A stretch of 64,000 nt of DNA from a virus. Lineage: Duplodnaviria; Heunggongvirae; Uroviricota; Caudoviricetes. The stretch spans positions 33,228 through 97,227 of the IMG/VR virus record IMGVR_UViG_3300045450_000131; one strand, given 5' to 3'. The first letter of the stretch is position 1. Each line of letters begins with the position of its first letter. A model generated the notes under the pieces. It was not told where the DNA came from, did no database searches, and worked only from the letters and a program-made list of their open reading frames with translations. Below are positions 25,031 through 34,855 of this stretch, piece after piece. A program made the translations under genes and the position numbers.

Positions 25031-25441
25031 TTATCCCTTAAAGTTACTGCTGGCCAGGCTGTAGAGATGGCTGAGCTGCGCAAACTCATGATGGATATCC
25101 TCAAGGGTCCCGTCGGCACCGTCTAACGCTCGAAAACTTGCCAGCTCATAGAGAGCATGGCCAAAATTATCCTGCGGAACGTGAAACTCCTTCATCAACG
25201 CGTCCTTAAACTTGCCTTGAAGGTTTTTTACATGCTCATTGTATTGGTAATTTGCTTTTTTAAACGCCTCTTCATCGAAGCACTTTTGTATAACTGCATT
25301 AGGGTTGTGCTTACGCGCGAGCTCAACTTCTTCAGGAATTGCGGGCGCGGCGATGCACTTACCCTGATCATAAAAGTAAATTCGAGTGAATTGTTCCTTA
25401 GTAGGGTGGCCAGTCTGAGGTTTAAATTGTTTAAAGTCCAT
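25031..25441 (-). CDS. hypothetical protein
   Basis: 136-aa ORF. Confidence 0.45.
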   Translation of the reverse strand: MDFKQFKPQTGHPTKEQFTRIYFYDQGKCIAAPAIPEEVELARKHNPNAVIQKCFDEEAFKKANYQYNEHVKNLQGKFKDALMKEFHVPQDNFGHALYELASFRALDGADGTLEDIHHEFAQLSHLYSLASSNFKG

Positions 25442-25502
25442 GTATAACTCCCTTACTTAATATAAGGAAATTATAACATGGACACAAAAGTAAGTAAACT
25501 AC

Positions 25503-26384
25503 TTAGATGCTAAACGCGTGCTTAAGTGACTTATTTTGCTTAATTACTTCTTCAGGATTTGCACCTTCATTGATTAGCATGATGGCATTCACGACGTCTG
25601 CCAAGTTATCAGTCTTATCAAGCAGGATTGCGTTCTTGCCAAGCAAAGACTTCCATAGAGACTTTACTTCACTTGGGCGTGACTGGTAGTAACTGCCCTG
25701 CTCAACAATAAGGTGGAAGACGTTGAACTTTGCCTTTACCGCATTGAGCAAGCCGTTGATTGAACCATAGGTCTTCATGTCACCGGCACGATCTTCGCCA
25801 AAGATGCGCTTCAAGTTATGAATACTAATGCCACTTGGTGGCGGCGGTTCATCGCCCATCGTGAAGATATAACCCTTACGTCCGCGCTTATTGATGGCAT
25901 CCGCATTCACGAGGTGAGTTGCGAAGTACCAGGGCAGGTGATAAGATTCATATCCATTGCCACCACCACCGCGTTCAATATACAGATCACGAAGCTGTTC
26001 AACTAGGCTAATATCAGCCTCAAATTGCGATACCTGCAGAGGCGCGCGGTCACCAGCATCGACGTCGCCAATACCCATAAACATGACGTGAGGATCACTC
26101 ACTGGTCTATTTTCATACATAGAACCCATCAGCTTAGGTAATGCATCCTTTACCATTGCTTCAGGTAGGAAACCCATCGAACCTGTCACATCTAGACCAA
26201 AGATAATCGGAGTAGAATTTGGGTTCTTTTCACTGTCCATGCTTTCCCGAATGAAAATTTTCTTAGGGTCAAGTTTAAAAGACATTTCACGTGAGGTAAA
26301 AGTCTCGGCTTGAGAGAGCGAGCGCAGATTCGTGTTGCTCGCATATGATTGATAAACGTTGTCATCCCAACGACTGTAGCCCAT
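25503..26384 (-). CDS. von Willebrand factor A (vWA) domain protein
   Basis: MIDAS motif DVTGSMG near residue 65, then alpha/beta pattern. Confidence 0.55.
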   Translation of the reverse strand: MGYSRWDDNVYQSYASNTNLRSLSQAETFTSREMSFKLDPKKIFIRESMDSEKNPNSTPIIFGLDVTGSMGFLPEAMVKDALPKLMGSMYENRPVSDPHVMFMGIGDVDAGDRAPLQVSQFEADISLVEQLRDLYIERGGGGNGYESYHLPWYFATHLVNADAINKRGRKGYIFTMGDEPPPPSGISIHNLKRIFGEDRAGDMKTYGSINGLLNAVKAKFNVFHLIVEQGSYYQSRPSEVKSLWKSLLGKNAILLDKTDNLADVVNAIMLINEGANPEEVIKQNKSLKHAFSI

Positions 26385-26385
26385 T

Positions 26386-26856
26386 TTATTTCTCCTTTAA
26401 CTGTTCAGCGGCTTTACGAGCCTTGCGTTCTTCACTAATGTAGAGAGGTTGTAGACGGATATAATACATACCATTTTCCTGCAACTTCCTAGGTAGGTGA
26501 ATGTTCATGCTATCATCAAATGTACAAACAACCACATGTTGCTTTCCACCATTTGCATAATGCATATCATCTAAAATTATCTTTAGCGCTCCAGCTTCCT
26601 TTGCGCTTACATATCCTAGAATTTTATCTCCATTATGGAGCATCATTGCATTTGCATCATGAGTGTTCTTTAAATCTGGCAGCAAGAAAAGACGCTGATT
26701 AAATGTCGGCTTCTTTCTAATGTTGTCGATGTAACTTAAGCTGCCCTGATGGAACCTCATGCCTACAACTGTGATAGAAGTAATTTCCTTGTTATCTAGG
26801 GAACTTTTCCTGCTAACTGGACCAAAATTAATTAGGCTGTCGTGAAAGTCCTTCAC
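26386..26856 (-). CDS. HIRAN-domain protein
   Basis: VVGMRFHQG...LLPDLKNTHDANAMMLH...ILGYVSAKEAGALKIILDD resembles the HIRAN consensus as recalled. Confidence 0.5.
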   Translation of the reverse strand: MKDFHDSLINFGPVSRKSSLDNKEITSITVVGMRFHQGSLSYIDNIRKKPTFNQRLFLLPDLKNTHDANAMMLHNGDKILGYVSAKEAGALKIILDDMHYANGGKQHVVVCTFDDSMNIHLPRKLQENGMYYIRLQPLYISEERKARKAAEQLKEK

Positions 26857-26879
26857 GACAGAATAACCTTCTTCACCAG

Positions 26880-27668
26880 TTAGCGGTTGTCGAAAAAATT
26901 GCTGTCCTTACCTGGCCGGCGACCGACTCCGTCCTTCTTTTCACCCATCATCTGCATCATCATCATCATTGGCAGCATGTTTGCCATTGGGTTTGGAGCT
27001 GCAGTTACAGTCCCATCGGGATTCTGAATTGGCGCGGCTTGCATCTGGCCCATCAGCATGAGAGGCATCATCTTTTCTAGATCAAGATCGCCACCACCCA
27101 TCATCATCATCGGCATCAGCATACCCTGCATTCCTTGCAAGCCGGCATTTCCACCTGGCAGCATGGTGAGCAACGAGCGCAAGACCATCACGCCAGTATC
27201 ACCCATGCCGAGCATCGAGACCTTTGGTGGCTTCCAAGTAGTGCGCTGACCATCAACCTTCATCAGCACAAACGAAGCGAACTTGCCATCGACTTCAACT
27301 TCAGCTGAAACTGCGGTAGTCTTCCGACGACTTGCAGTGACTGGCACGCTATTACTGGCTGCCTTGCTAAAGCGCTTCTCGACGACCCAGCCCGGCTTCT
27401 CATTGGCGCCAAAGAAGATAACGTCGCCAATAGCAACTGAGTCTACTGGGGTGGATTGCGCAAAGGCTGGAATTTCCATGCCGAATTGCTCAACCATGTT
27501 AATTTCAATTTCTGCATCATCTCCTTGGCCAGTAAGGGTCGCGATACCATCAGCGGTCTTAATGCCGACCTTACCAGTCATAAGGTCCCATACAACGCCG
27601 TCTGCCTTGCGGAAGAGACGATTCATGAACTTGTCAGCGCCCATGTTGTTTAGCATATTGTTCATCAT
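26880..27668 (-). CDS. Met-rich protein (MxxM/MMMM motifs, possible Cu(I)-binding)
   Basis: C-terminal third contains runs MLMPMMMMGGG and MLPMMMMMQMMG. Confidence 0.45.
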   Translation of the reverse strand: MMNNMLNNMGADKFMNRLFRKADGVVWDLMTGKVGIKTADGIATLTGQGDDAEIEINMVEQFGMEIPAFAQSTPVDSVAIGDVIFFGANEKPGWVVEKRFSKAASNSVPVTASRRKTTAVSAEVEVDGKFASFVLMKVDGQRTTWKPPKVSMLGMGDTGVMVLRSLLTMLPGGNAGLQGMQGMLMPMMMMGGGDLDLEKMMPLMLMGQMQAAPIQNPDGTVTAAPNPMANMLPMMMMMQMMGEKKDGVGRRPGKDSNFFDNR

Positions 27669-27831
27669 AATAACTCCTAAAATAAGATTATAAAATAATT
27701 AATTAACCTTGGTACTGCTTTGTTTGTCGTTCCGTAGAACTGGCTTTTGTTTATTTAACTTGCGCTCATAATAGCAGAAGAAGCAGCACCCAACAAAAGC
27801 CAAAATTAAACAGATTGTTAAGAACATATTT

Positions 27832-28935
27832 TTAGTCCTTGATCATCCCAATCATAGTATCCAGGATATCAAGATGGTCCTCGAACCACTTCTCGCTATT
27901 TGCTCGAGCTTCAGAAATTGGCAGCCAAAATGCCTTTGCAGTTTCTACAACCTCAGCACCACCGGTTTCATGGAGTGGTGCATTCTGCCCCTTCACCTTA
28001 GGCAGTGGCTTGGTGTCGTCAAGGCGAATCAAAAAGGCGGTAGTGATAGTGCGACCACGCAAGCTTCGGTTCGGATCATCGAAGATTTCCTTCGCCTTGA
28101 TGGAACCTTGCATGACTTGCTTAGGAACTTTAATGCCAGTCTCTTCTACCAATTCTCGCACGACGGCATCTTGGAGCCGCTCCTTCTGGTCGAGGAAGCC
28201 ACCAGGCAGAGCCCATAGTCCCTTACCAGGTAGTGCGCCTCGCTCGACCACCAGTACGTGACCAGATTGAATAACGACACCATCAACCGTGTTAAAGGTG
28301 GGAGCGTAGGGCGCTGCCTGCCATGCCCTCTTATACTTTTGCATGAAGTCATACTCAGCCTTTAGGGTATTAAAGACATCAGTCTTCACAAAGTCCTGCA
28401 AGAACAAGAAGGTGGAGAATGGCACGTCATACCAGCATGCCTTTTCAAGGGGCTTCTCGAAGAGGCGCTGCCGAAGTTCTGTCGCATTAAGGCCGTGACC
28501 ACTATGGTCAATATCGAGCAGGAAGGGAGGAATGAGCCTAGACTTGTATTGAGGGAAGGCGCTCAAATACCAAGTAGATTCATCACGATCAGAGCCGACG
28601 ATCTGAATATCCACTTGCTCATCTTTAAAACGCTTTGAAACGATTTCACTCACCTTTTCTTGCACAGATTGAATCCACTTCGAGTCGTTGTAGATTTGAT
28701 CACGCAGCGGCACCGTGACTACGTTACGAGACGTGCCCATGTTGGGAAATGACGCGATAATCATTTCAGCGCGTTCTTTAAAGGTAAATGGGTTCTTGAT
28801 GGTGCGGGCTTGGTTTGCAGAACCAACTAGCACGATGGTGAGGTCACTCTCAGCATGTGCATGGCGAAGGACATGTTGATGACCGAGGTGGAAGGGCTGG
28901 AATCGCCCAATGTATACTGAAACTTTCTTTGCCAT
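27832..28935 (-). CDS. natV: bifunctional NMN adenylyltransferase / Nudix ADP-ribose pyrophosphatase (NadM/NatV-like)
   Basis: N-terminal GRFQPFHLGH nucleotidyltransferase motif; C-terminal Nudix box GGFLDQKERLQDAVVRELVEETGI. Confidence 0.65.
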   Translation of the reverse strand: MAKKVSVYIGRFQPFHLGHQHVLRHAHAESDLTIVLVGSANQARTIKNPFTFKERAEMIIASFPNMGTSRNVVTVPLRDQIYNDSKWIQSVQEKVSEIVSKRFKDEQVDIQIVGSDRDESTWYLSAFPQYKSRLIPPFLLDIDHSGHGLNATELRQRLFEKPLEKACWYDVPFSTFLFLQDFVKTDVFNTLKAEYDFMQKYKRAWQAAPYAPTFNTVDGVVIQSGHVLVVERGALPGKGLWALPGGFLDQKERLQDAVVRELVEETGIKVPKQVMQGSIKAKEIFDDPNRSLRGRTITTAFLIRLDDTKPLPKVKGQNAPLHETGGAEVVETAKAFWLPISEARANSEKWFEDHLDILDTMIGMIKD

Positions 28936-29036
28936 GACGAACTCCTCGTAGGGCGGTTGATATAAGAACGTCTATCGCTCTTGCTTGTATTTATTATAAC
29001 TCAAATAATAATACAAAGATATAAAATTATGTCAGG

Positions 29037-29519
29037 TTAACAATCTAGAAAAGCTTCAAGCTCGTCTCGTAAGAGCTTATCTAGTAATTCTGCCTGCACG
29101 TGAGTCGCTAAAAGTTGAACTTTATGCAAAGGGAACAGCGCAATAAGATACTTCTCACACATCATCCCGCTCAGTTTATTAGTATAAGATCGCAAATAGC
29201 GCTCGTGATCTGACCCACTATTCTCAAAGCTGATGTAGGTCCGTTCACAATTATAACGGTTTGCAATCTGAAATGCATGTACAAGTTCAATGGTTGATTT
29301 TTCGGCTGGAAGAAGCGATGGTTCAGCTTGCACTACATGCAAAATATGATTTGACTGCCCTCTAAAGTAGGTGTTAGTGAACATTGCAACTGCAGTATCC
29401 ATGCGATCACCAAAGTCAATATATGTCAAGACTAAGTCTTTAGAATCCATAATCTTGAGCAGTTCAGTAATAATGGCGGCACTCTCAATACCGCCATTTA
29501 GAATGACTTGCGTTCTCAC
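29037..29519 (-). CDS. hypothetical protein
   Basis: 160-aa ORF. Confidence 0.45.
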   Translation of the reverse strand: MRTQVILNGGIESAAIITELLKIMDSKDLVLTYIDFGDRMDTAVAMFTNTYFRGQSNHILHVVQAEPSLLPAEKSTIELVHAFQIANRYNCERTYISFENSGSDHERYLRSYTNKLSGMMCEKYLIALFPLHKVQLLATHVQAELLDKLLRDELEAFLDC

Positions 29520-29770
29520 TTAAAAATCCCAGTCAAGTATTCTAACTCATCAAGGTTGTCGGCTGAAATAGCGATGCTAACGAGGTCTCGGTAATTCAAC
29601 TCTTTGTCCATCTTGATGGAATCTAAACTGCCCAAGATACTGTCAACTTCTCTCCGGGACGCTGTCGTTAAAGTAGTTGACTTTAGCAGTTCCTTAAGAT
29701 TAGAAGCAGTCATATGTTCACGGGTCTTACTATCTTTCACTGCGTAGGCCTTTATGTCACTTGCTAGCAA
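29516..29770 (-). CDS. hypothetical protein
   Basis: 84-aa ORF. Confidence 0.4.
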   Translation of the reverse strand: MLASDIKAYAVKDSKTREHMTASNLKELLKSTTLTTASRREVDSILGSLDSIKMDKELNYRDLVSIAISADNLDELEYLTGIFK

Positions 29771-30350
29771 CTAGCTGCGATGCCCAGCCCAAATTCACAT
29801 CTTGCTCAGCATCAGTCATTCGCGTGACAGCTACTCGCTTTACGGTTGCACCGCTTGCCGTAGTTTGGACAGTTACATCGTCCTTCTTAGTGGTGGCCTT
29901 CTTGACGGTAGTGCCCGCCTTCTTGACAGTTGCCTTGGCTTTAGCAACTGTATCCTGTGCATTTTCTGGTTTGTTATTGCCGCGATTGGCTTTAGTTGGG
30001 GTCATGTTGACATCGGTGAGACGGCCTCCGACGATGCGAGATAGTTCAATCAGCTCCTTCTTGACAGATCGGAAGTTGCTTGATGCCTTTACATCTTGGG
30101 CGCACTTTACTAGGATGTCTTCATTTGGGTTAATGAACTCAGGGTTGACAAAGTTGTAGAGGCGGGGGATTTCAAAATCGACTGCGCCAAGCTTACCATC
30201 ATCACTGACAATGATTTCCACATCTGCCCATTGAGCTGCATGGTTGCTCGGGCGGTGATCCTTCCAGAAGCCGGTTGCCATTTGGGGAATTAGTACGTTT
30301 GCGAGGAGAGCGGCTTGGATATCAGATGCAACAAAAAGTTTCTTGGTCAT
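29757..30350 (-). CDS. hypothetical protein with Lys/Thr-rich C-terminal tail
   Basis: 197-aa ORF. Confidence 0.45.
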   Translation of the reverse strand: MTKKLFVASDIQAALLANVLIPQMATGFWKDHRPSNHAAQWADVEIIVSDDGKLGAVDFEIPRLYNFVNPEFINPNEDILVKCAQDVKASSNFRSVKKELIELSRIVGGRLTDVNMTPTKANRGNNKPENAQDTVAKAKATVKKAGTTVKKATTKKDDVTVQTTASGATVKRVAVTRMTDAEQDVNLGWASQLVASK

Positions 30351-30428
30351 GAGTAGTATTCCTTAAAATGATATTATAACACAAAAATAGGTTGTAAGAA
30401 TTCCCCACTATAACTGCGGGGAATTTTA

Positions 30429-31568
30429 TTACTTCTTTTTGGCTTCGCGCTTAATGACCGCAAGTGCCGCTGGGTGAACCGCCCACTTCACGCGTTCAAT
30501 ATCAAGAGGATCAACATCACGCCACTTAGGGTGACCATTAGCTTGCAAGTTATCTACGTTCTTTACAATGCACGATACCAGGTTCGCAATTTCCGTCTGA
30601 TACTGATTCTTGTAGGCGAAGGTTGCCAGCACGTTATCTACCTTGTAGGTATTAGTTGCGCCGGCCTGCCATGGGTAAGTTCCAGACGGAATGGTCGCTT
30701 TAGTGAAGATGTTAGCACTATCAATTTTAGGATTCTGCAGCGAAACTAGCTTGAGGCCCGTTGCACCAGAAAGAACCTGGAGAGGTTGGCCGCCGACAAT
30801 GAAGGCCACATCAGCACCACCAGTTTGCACCGCCTTAATGCTTTCTGCCTGTGATAGATTACCAGCCGATGTCCAGTTAATATTAGACAGCTGTTTTAGC
30901 TGCTGTACGGTTGCCCAAGTGCCTGAACCTTCTTGACCTTCAGCAACTCGCTTGCCTTCCAAATCGGCGATAGTCCTAATAGGTGAGCCGCTTGATGTAA
31001 CGGCGTGGATTTCTTCAGAGTAGAATGGGAAGATAGCGACAACTCGAGACATCATCTTCGGGTCTTGCTGCTTTAAGTATTGCAGAATGTTGGCTTGAAC
31101 TACACCAAATTGAGTGTTTGGATCAGTGTAGATTTTATTTGCGTTATCCACTGACCCGGCGGATCGAACGTTACGTAGTGGGTAATCTTGCGTAGAGCAG
31201 GACTTGACAATGTCGTTCACGATTGGGTAGTAGGAACCAGATGGTTCGCCAGATGCGATGCCTGCGCCAGGCAACTTGCCTTGAGCAGTTTGTACTGCTT
31301 GCCGGGGCTCTTCAACTGCAGCTTGGGCTGGTGGGACATATTGAGGCTGTTGCACAACTGGCGCGGCTTGAACTACTGGTGGCTCAGTGCGAACTACTGG
31401 AGCTTGAGCTGGTTGTGCAACTACGGTTGCCACCTGAGTTGGTTGCTGAACTTGGGATAGCTGAGGTTGAGACTCTGGCTGACCCATGAATTTATACACA
31501 CCGAATCCGGCGGCACCAACAATGCCGGCAACGATCAGCGCCTTAGGAACGGTTTTCAGTTTTGCCAT
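30429..31568 (-). CDS. membrane-anchored TAXI-family (TRAP-type) solute-binding protein with Pro/Gln-rich linker
   Basis: N-terminal TM anchor MAKLKTVPKALIVAGIVGAAGFGV; PQ-rich linker; core GIASGEPSGSYYPIVNDI and KRVAEGQEGSGTWAT resemble TAXI motifs as recalled. Confidence 0.5.
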   Translation of the reverse strand: MAKLKTVPKALIVAGIVGAAGFGVYKFMGQPESQPQLSQVQQPTQVATVVAQPAQAPVVRTEPPVVQAAPVVQQPQYVPPAQAAVEEPRQAVQTAQGKLPGAGIASGEPSGSYYPIVNDIVKSCSTQDYPLRNVRSAGSVDNANKIYTDPNTQFGVVQANILQYLKQQDPKMMSRVVAIFPFYSEEIHAVTSSGSPIRTIADLEGKRVAEGQEGSGTWATVQQLKQLSNINWTSAGNLSQAESIKAVQTGGADVAFIVGGQPLQVLSGATGLKLVSLQNPKIDSANIFTKATIPSGTYPWQAGATNTYKVDNVLATFAYKNQYQTEIANLVSCIVKNVDNLQANGHPKWRDVDPLDIERVKWAVHPAALAVIKREAKKK

Positions 31569-31580
31569 GATATAACCTTT

Positions 31581-32417
31581 TTACTTAGTGATTAGAACGT
31601 TTGCCTGACCGCTGGTGACGATGCAGTTAGGAGACTTAGCGCAGGCCGCGCTATAGGAGCGGATAGATTCAAGTTGGATGAATTGCTCTGGAGACAAACC
31701 GAGCTTGTTGCGATACGCATTATCTGCATCAGCCCGCGCCTCTTGCTCTGCCTTACGCTCAACTTGAGCCTTACGGGCTTCAATTAGGGTTTTCTGAGTT
31801 TCGCGCTCGGTTGCAGTGCGGTCAATTTGATCCCGCACAGATTGATTAGGCATCGCACGACCAAGAGTAATGTTCATAACTTCAATTGGGATATTAAAGT
31901 TTTTGACTAAATCCTGAATCGCGGTAGTGACTTCGGAATCAACCTTTGCACCTTCAACCGCGTTTGACATCAAGTCAGGCAGGCTGCGCTTCTTCAGAGC
32001 TTCACGGATGATTGCTAGGTATTGCTGACGAATGTTATTTTCAAACCAACCTTCACCAAAGTTCTTTACAAGAGCGACTGAATCCTTTACTCGAAATTGA
32101 AAGGTAGTTTCAAAGTCAACGAGGGTTCCATCCATGGTGCCGAAGTCATCCACCTTCACAGTGATAGATTGAGGAGTCATCTTGACTGCTTGTGCGCTGG
32201 ATGAAATCCACAGCAGCTTGCGACCTTCCGTGATAGGTTCATCACGGACGCCGTTGTGGCCGAAGAAATAGGGCTTGTCATTAACCACCAGCTGATGACC
32301 TGGCTCTACTACCTCAGTGTGCATCAAACAAAGCCAAATCCCACCAACTGTAATGATGGACGCCACCGCCAAACCACCAACAGCACCAATCAGAACATTA
32401 CCCTTTTGCTTCTTCAT
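31581..32417 (-). CDS. SPFH/band-7 (prohibitin/HflK-like) membrane protein
   Basis: N-terminal TM then VVEPGHQLVVNDKPYFFGHNG... with C-terminal coiled coil, the band-7 architecture. Confidence 0.5.
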   Translation of the reverse strand: MKKQKGNVLIGAVGGLAVASIITVGGIWLCLMHTEVVEPGHQLVVNDKPYFFGHNGVRDEPITEGRKLLWISSSAQAVKMTPQSITVKVDDFGTMDGTLVDFETTFQFRVKDSVALVKNFGEGWFENNIRQQYLAIIREALKKRSLPDLMSNAVEGAKVDSEVTTAIQDLVKNFNIPIEVMNITLGRAMPNQSVRDQIDRTATERETQKTLIEARKAQVERKAEQEARADADNAYRNKLGLSPEQFIQLESIRSYSAACAKSPNCIVTSGQANVLITK

Positions 32418-32726
32418 TTACTTATTCTCCTTAAATTCATAAAATGCATCGTAGCTCTCGTTGTAACCGGGGCCGTCATAAGACACTGACCAGCCTGCCT
32501 TACGATAGAATGGTTCAAAATCAAGCCACTTAGTGTTAAAGTCAGCGGTTGACATATTGGTTGTTTTAAAAATCAGCTCCTTAATGTCTTTTACTTTAAT
32601 ATTGAATCGTCGACCAGGAGAATAATTCTCGCTAATTAGTTGGTTAACTGCAGCATACACGAATTCAGGAATAAAATCCATACTTCGCTCCGCAGCTTGA
32701 GCGGGGGTAATGGGTTCAATCATCAT
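32418..32726 (-). CDS. hypothetical protein
   Basis: 102-aa ORF. Confidence 0.4.
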   Translation of the reverse strand: MMIEPITPAQAAERSMDFIPEFVYAAVNQLISENYSPGRRFNIKVKDIKELIFKTTNMSTADFNTKWLDFEPFYRKAGWSVSYDGPGYNESYDAFYEFKENK

Positions 32727-33072
32727 TTTGCTTCTCCTTTACAGTGAATGCTTTAGCTTCATACAATACAATATTAACCATGCTTTGGCCCGCCCCGGAG
32801 TTAATGATAACTTCCCAACCCTGACTCTCAAAACCGGGAATGGTTTCAAGAATAGCATCACGAACTGCTGTGAGTGGATAATCTGCGCTGATGGTCGAAT
32901 CATTGCGAATCTTATCGAAGGTGATGACGCACTTAACACGCCCGTTTTCGATAAAGAGAGCCTTAGTCATGTAATTTGCCATGACCTTCATTACTAGCAG
33001 CCGCAGTGTATCTTTCTGCACCGCCAGTATTCTTTGAGGAGAAAATGTGTCTTCAAATAAATCAGTTTTCAT
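32716..33072 (-). CDS. hypothetical protein
   Basis: 118-aa ORF. Confidence 0.4.
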   Translation of the reverse strand: MKTDLFEDTFSPQRILAVQKDTLRLLVMKVMANYMTKALFIENGRVKCVITFDKIRNDSTISADYPLTAVRDAILETIPGFESQGWEVIINSGAGQSMVNIVLYEAKAFTVKEKQNDD

Positions 33073-33136
33073 ATATGCATGGTCGTTTTGTTAAATGAAT
33101 TATAACCTACTATTGCAGGTTAGTACACAACTATTC

Positions 33137-34066
33137 TTAGTGGTGGCGCCTCCACCATGCTGCAATGTTGTGCCGATACAGCATTCCATCTTCCAATACC
33201 TGCAAAATAGAACGACTAGACCTGTCAAGGAAGAAGTCCTCATGTGCCTTTTCATACTCGCAGTAACCATTAGCTAGGTGCTTACCCGCTTTTTCTTGAT
33301 TTAGGATGCAGTAATTAAGCGCCAATACCACACCTTCCTTGACTTCTTCGAAGTGTTCGGCTTCAACTCCACCACCCAAGCTGCTGTGAATCTTAATCCA
33401 CAGGTAATCTCTACCCATCTTTTCAACTAGTTGAGGCCGCTTTAGCCGAAGCCACCGATCAATCTCGGTGTATTCAATATCACCAAGGTGTTCAGATGCC
33501 ATGTGAAAGCCCATGCCTTCAAGCAGATCAGAATCATTGTAGTGATTAGTGCTCTTAAACCCGTTGCTCAAGGCCTTAATGTGGTTTTTAAAATTAACAT
33601 CTTCTACATCTGTCACTTCATCAAGGTCAATGTGTAAATGCTGAGACATAGAGTACAGAAAGTTTTGTGCCAGGCAACGGTGAGTAGTGTGCTCATTTCC
33701 TTCTGGCCCCATGAATTCGTCGGCGGCGGTGGCAAAGACATATGATGCAATTTTGCATGAACGATCTCGAGTTAGCTTCTTGTCACTTTCACTGATGAAG
33801 AATGAACGGGCGTTTGCAACCTTGCCTGACAGAGTGGCCATATAACCACCATAATGCCCATTCCATGAGATATAACGTGCAATCCACTTCAAAAGTGCTA
33901 AGTCATTGGTGCACTTATCAAGTGACTGCATGATATAGCTTCGAATGTGATTGTCATTCTGCTCACCATTATGAATGATAGTTTTGACAATTTTGTGTGA
34001 GATTGCTTCCTTGACCAGGCTGGTAATAATGGCGTCTTCAGCGGGAGTTGGGTCGGTATAGATCAT
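33137..34066 (-). CDS. heme-oxygenase-like fold / iron-containing redox enzyme family protein (tentative)
   Basis: all-alpha 309-aa protein with spaced His/Glu (EH...H, EHxxH) patterns; sits next to the ABC importer genes. Confidence 0.3.
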   Translation of the reverse strand: MIYTDPTPAEDAIITSLVKEAISHKIVKTIIHNGEQNDNHIRSYIMQSLDKCTNDLALLKWIARYISWNGHYGGYMATLSGKVANARSFFISESDKKLTRDRSCKIASYVFATAADEFMGPEGNEHTTHRCLAQNFLYSMSQHLHIDLDEVTDVEDVNFKNHIKALSNGFKSTNHYNDSDLLEGMGFHMASEHLGDIEYTEIDRWLRLKRPQLVEKMGRDYLWIKIHSSLGGGVEAEHFEEVKEGVVLALNYCILNQEKAGKHLANGYCEYEKAHEDFFLDRSSRSILQVLEDGMLYRHNIAAWWRRHH

Positions 34067-34845
34067 GCAGTGGGCTTCAGGTAGTTAAGGAGGGTATTTT
34101 CCAACGAAATGTCATTAGAAGGTCGAACTGCCTTGAGGGCTTGTGGAGCGTAGTTGCGATTCACATCGTGAACAATACGACCAGGCTTTGCACCCATCAC
34201 GATGATGCGGTCGCCAAGAGCAATCGCTTCACTGACGTCATGGGTAATTAAAATGATAGTGCAAGGATTAGCATTATACAACTGAATCAGCAGTTCGTGC
34301 ATATCTTTACGTGTAAATGCATCTAAAGCGCCGAATGGCTCATCCATCAACAAAATCTTAGGACCGAGGGCTAGTGCCCGGGCTAGTGCAACGCGTTGAT
34401 TTTGGCCACCAGAAAGTTGGGATGGGTATAAGTTCTTCTTGTCTGCCAAGCCAACCGCATGCAGTAGTCTATCGACTTGCGTTTGCGCATTTGCCTTTGG
34501 CACCTGCTTCTTCCAATATCCAAGTGTAAAGGGGAACATTACATTCTGCTCGACTGTCAAATCTGGCCGATTGGAGTATTGCTGGAATACCGTCACGGCA
34601 TCATTGAGTTGGTCATGGCATTCAACGCCATCTACTACTACCGTGCCCTTCGTCGGAGTAGTTACTCCTTGAGGTCGGACTCCACCCATCATACGAAGTA
34701 GAGTTGACTTGCCACACCCAGATTGCCCCATCAAAATATTAATTGAAGGGCCAGCAATAGTGAGAGAAAGGTTTTCAATGACGACGTTAGCAACATTGTT
34801 GTGGACATAAGTCTGGTTAATTTCTTTGAGTTCAATGATTGACAT
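34063..34845 (-). CDS. ABC transporter ATP-binding protein (NitT/TauT family)
   Basis: Walker A GQSGCGKST, signature LSGGQNQR, Walker B ILLMDEPFGALD, H-loop ITHD. Confidence 0.75.
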   Translation of the reverse strand: MSIIELKEINQTYVHNNVANVVIENLSLTIAGPSINILMGQSGCGKSTLLRMMGGVRPQGVTTPTKGTVVVDGVECHDQLNDAVTVFQQYSNRPDLTVEQNVMFPFTLGYWKKQVPKANAQTQVDRLLHAVGLADKKNLYPSQLSGGQNQRVALARALALGPKILLMDEPFGALDAFTRKDMHELLIQLYNANPCTIILITHDVSEAIALGDRIIVMGAKPGRIVHDVNRNYAPQALKAVRPSNDISLENTLLNYLKPTA

Positions 34846-34855
34846 GATTATTTCC

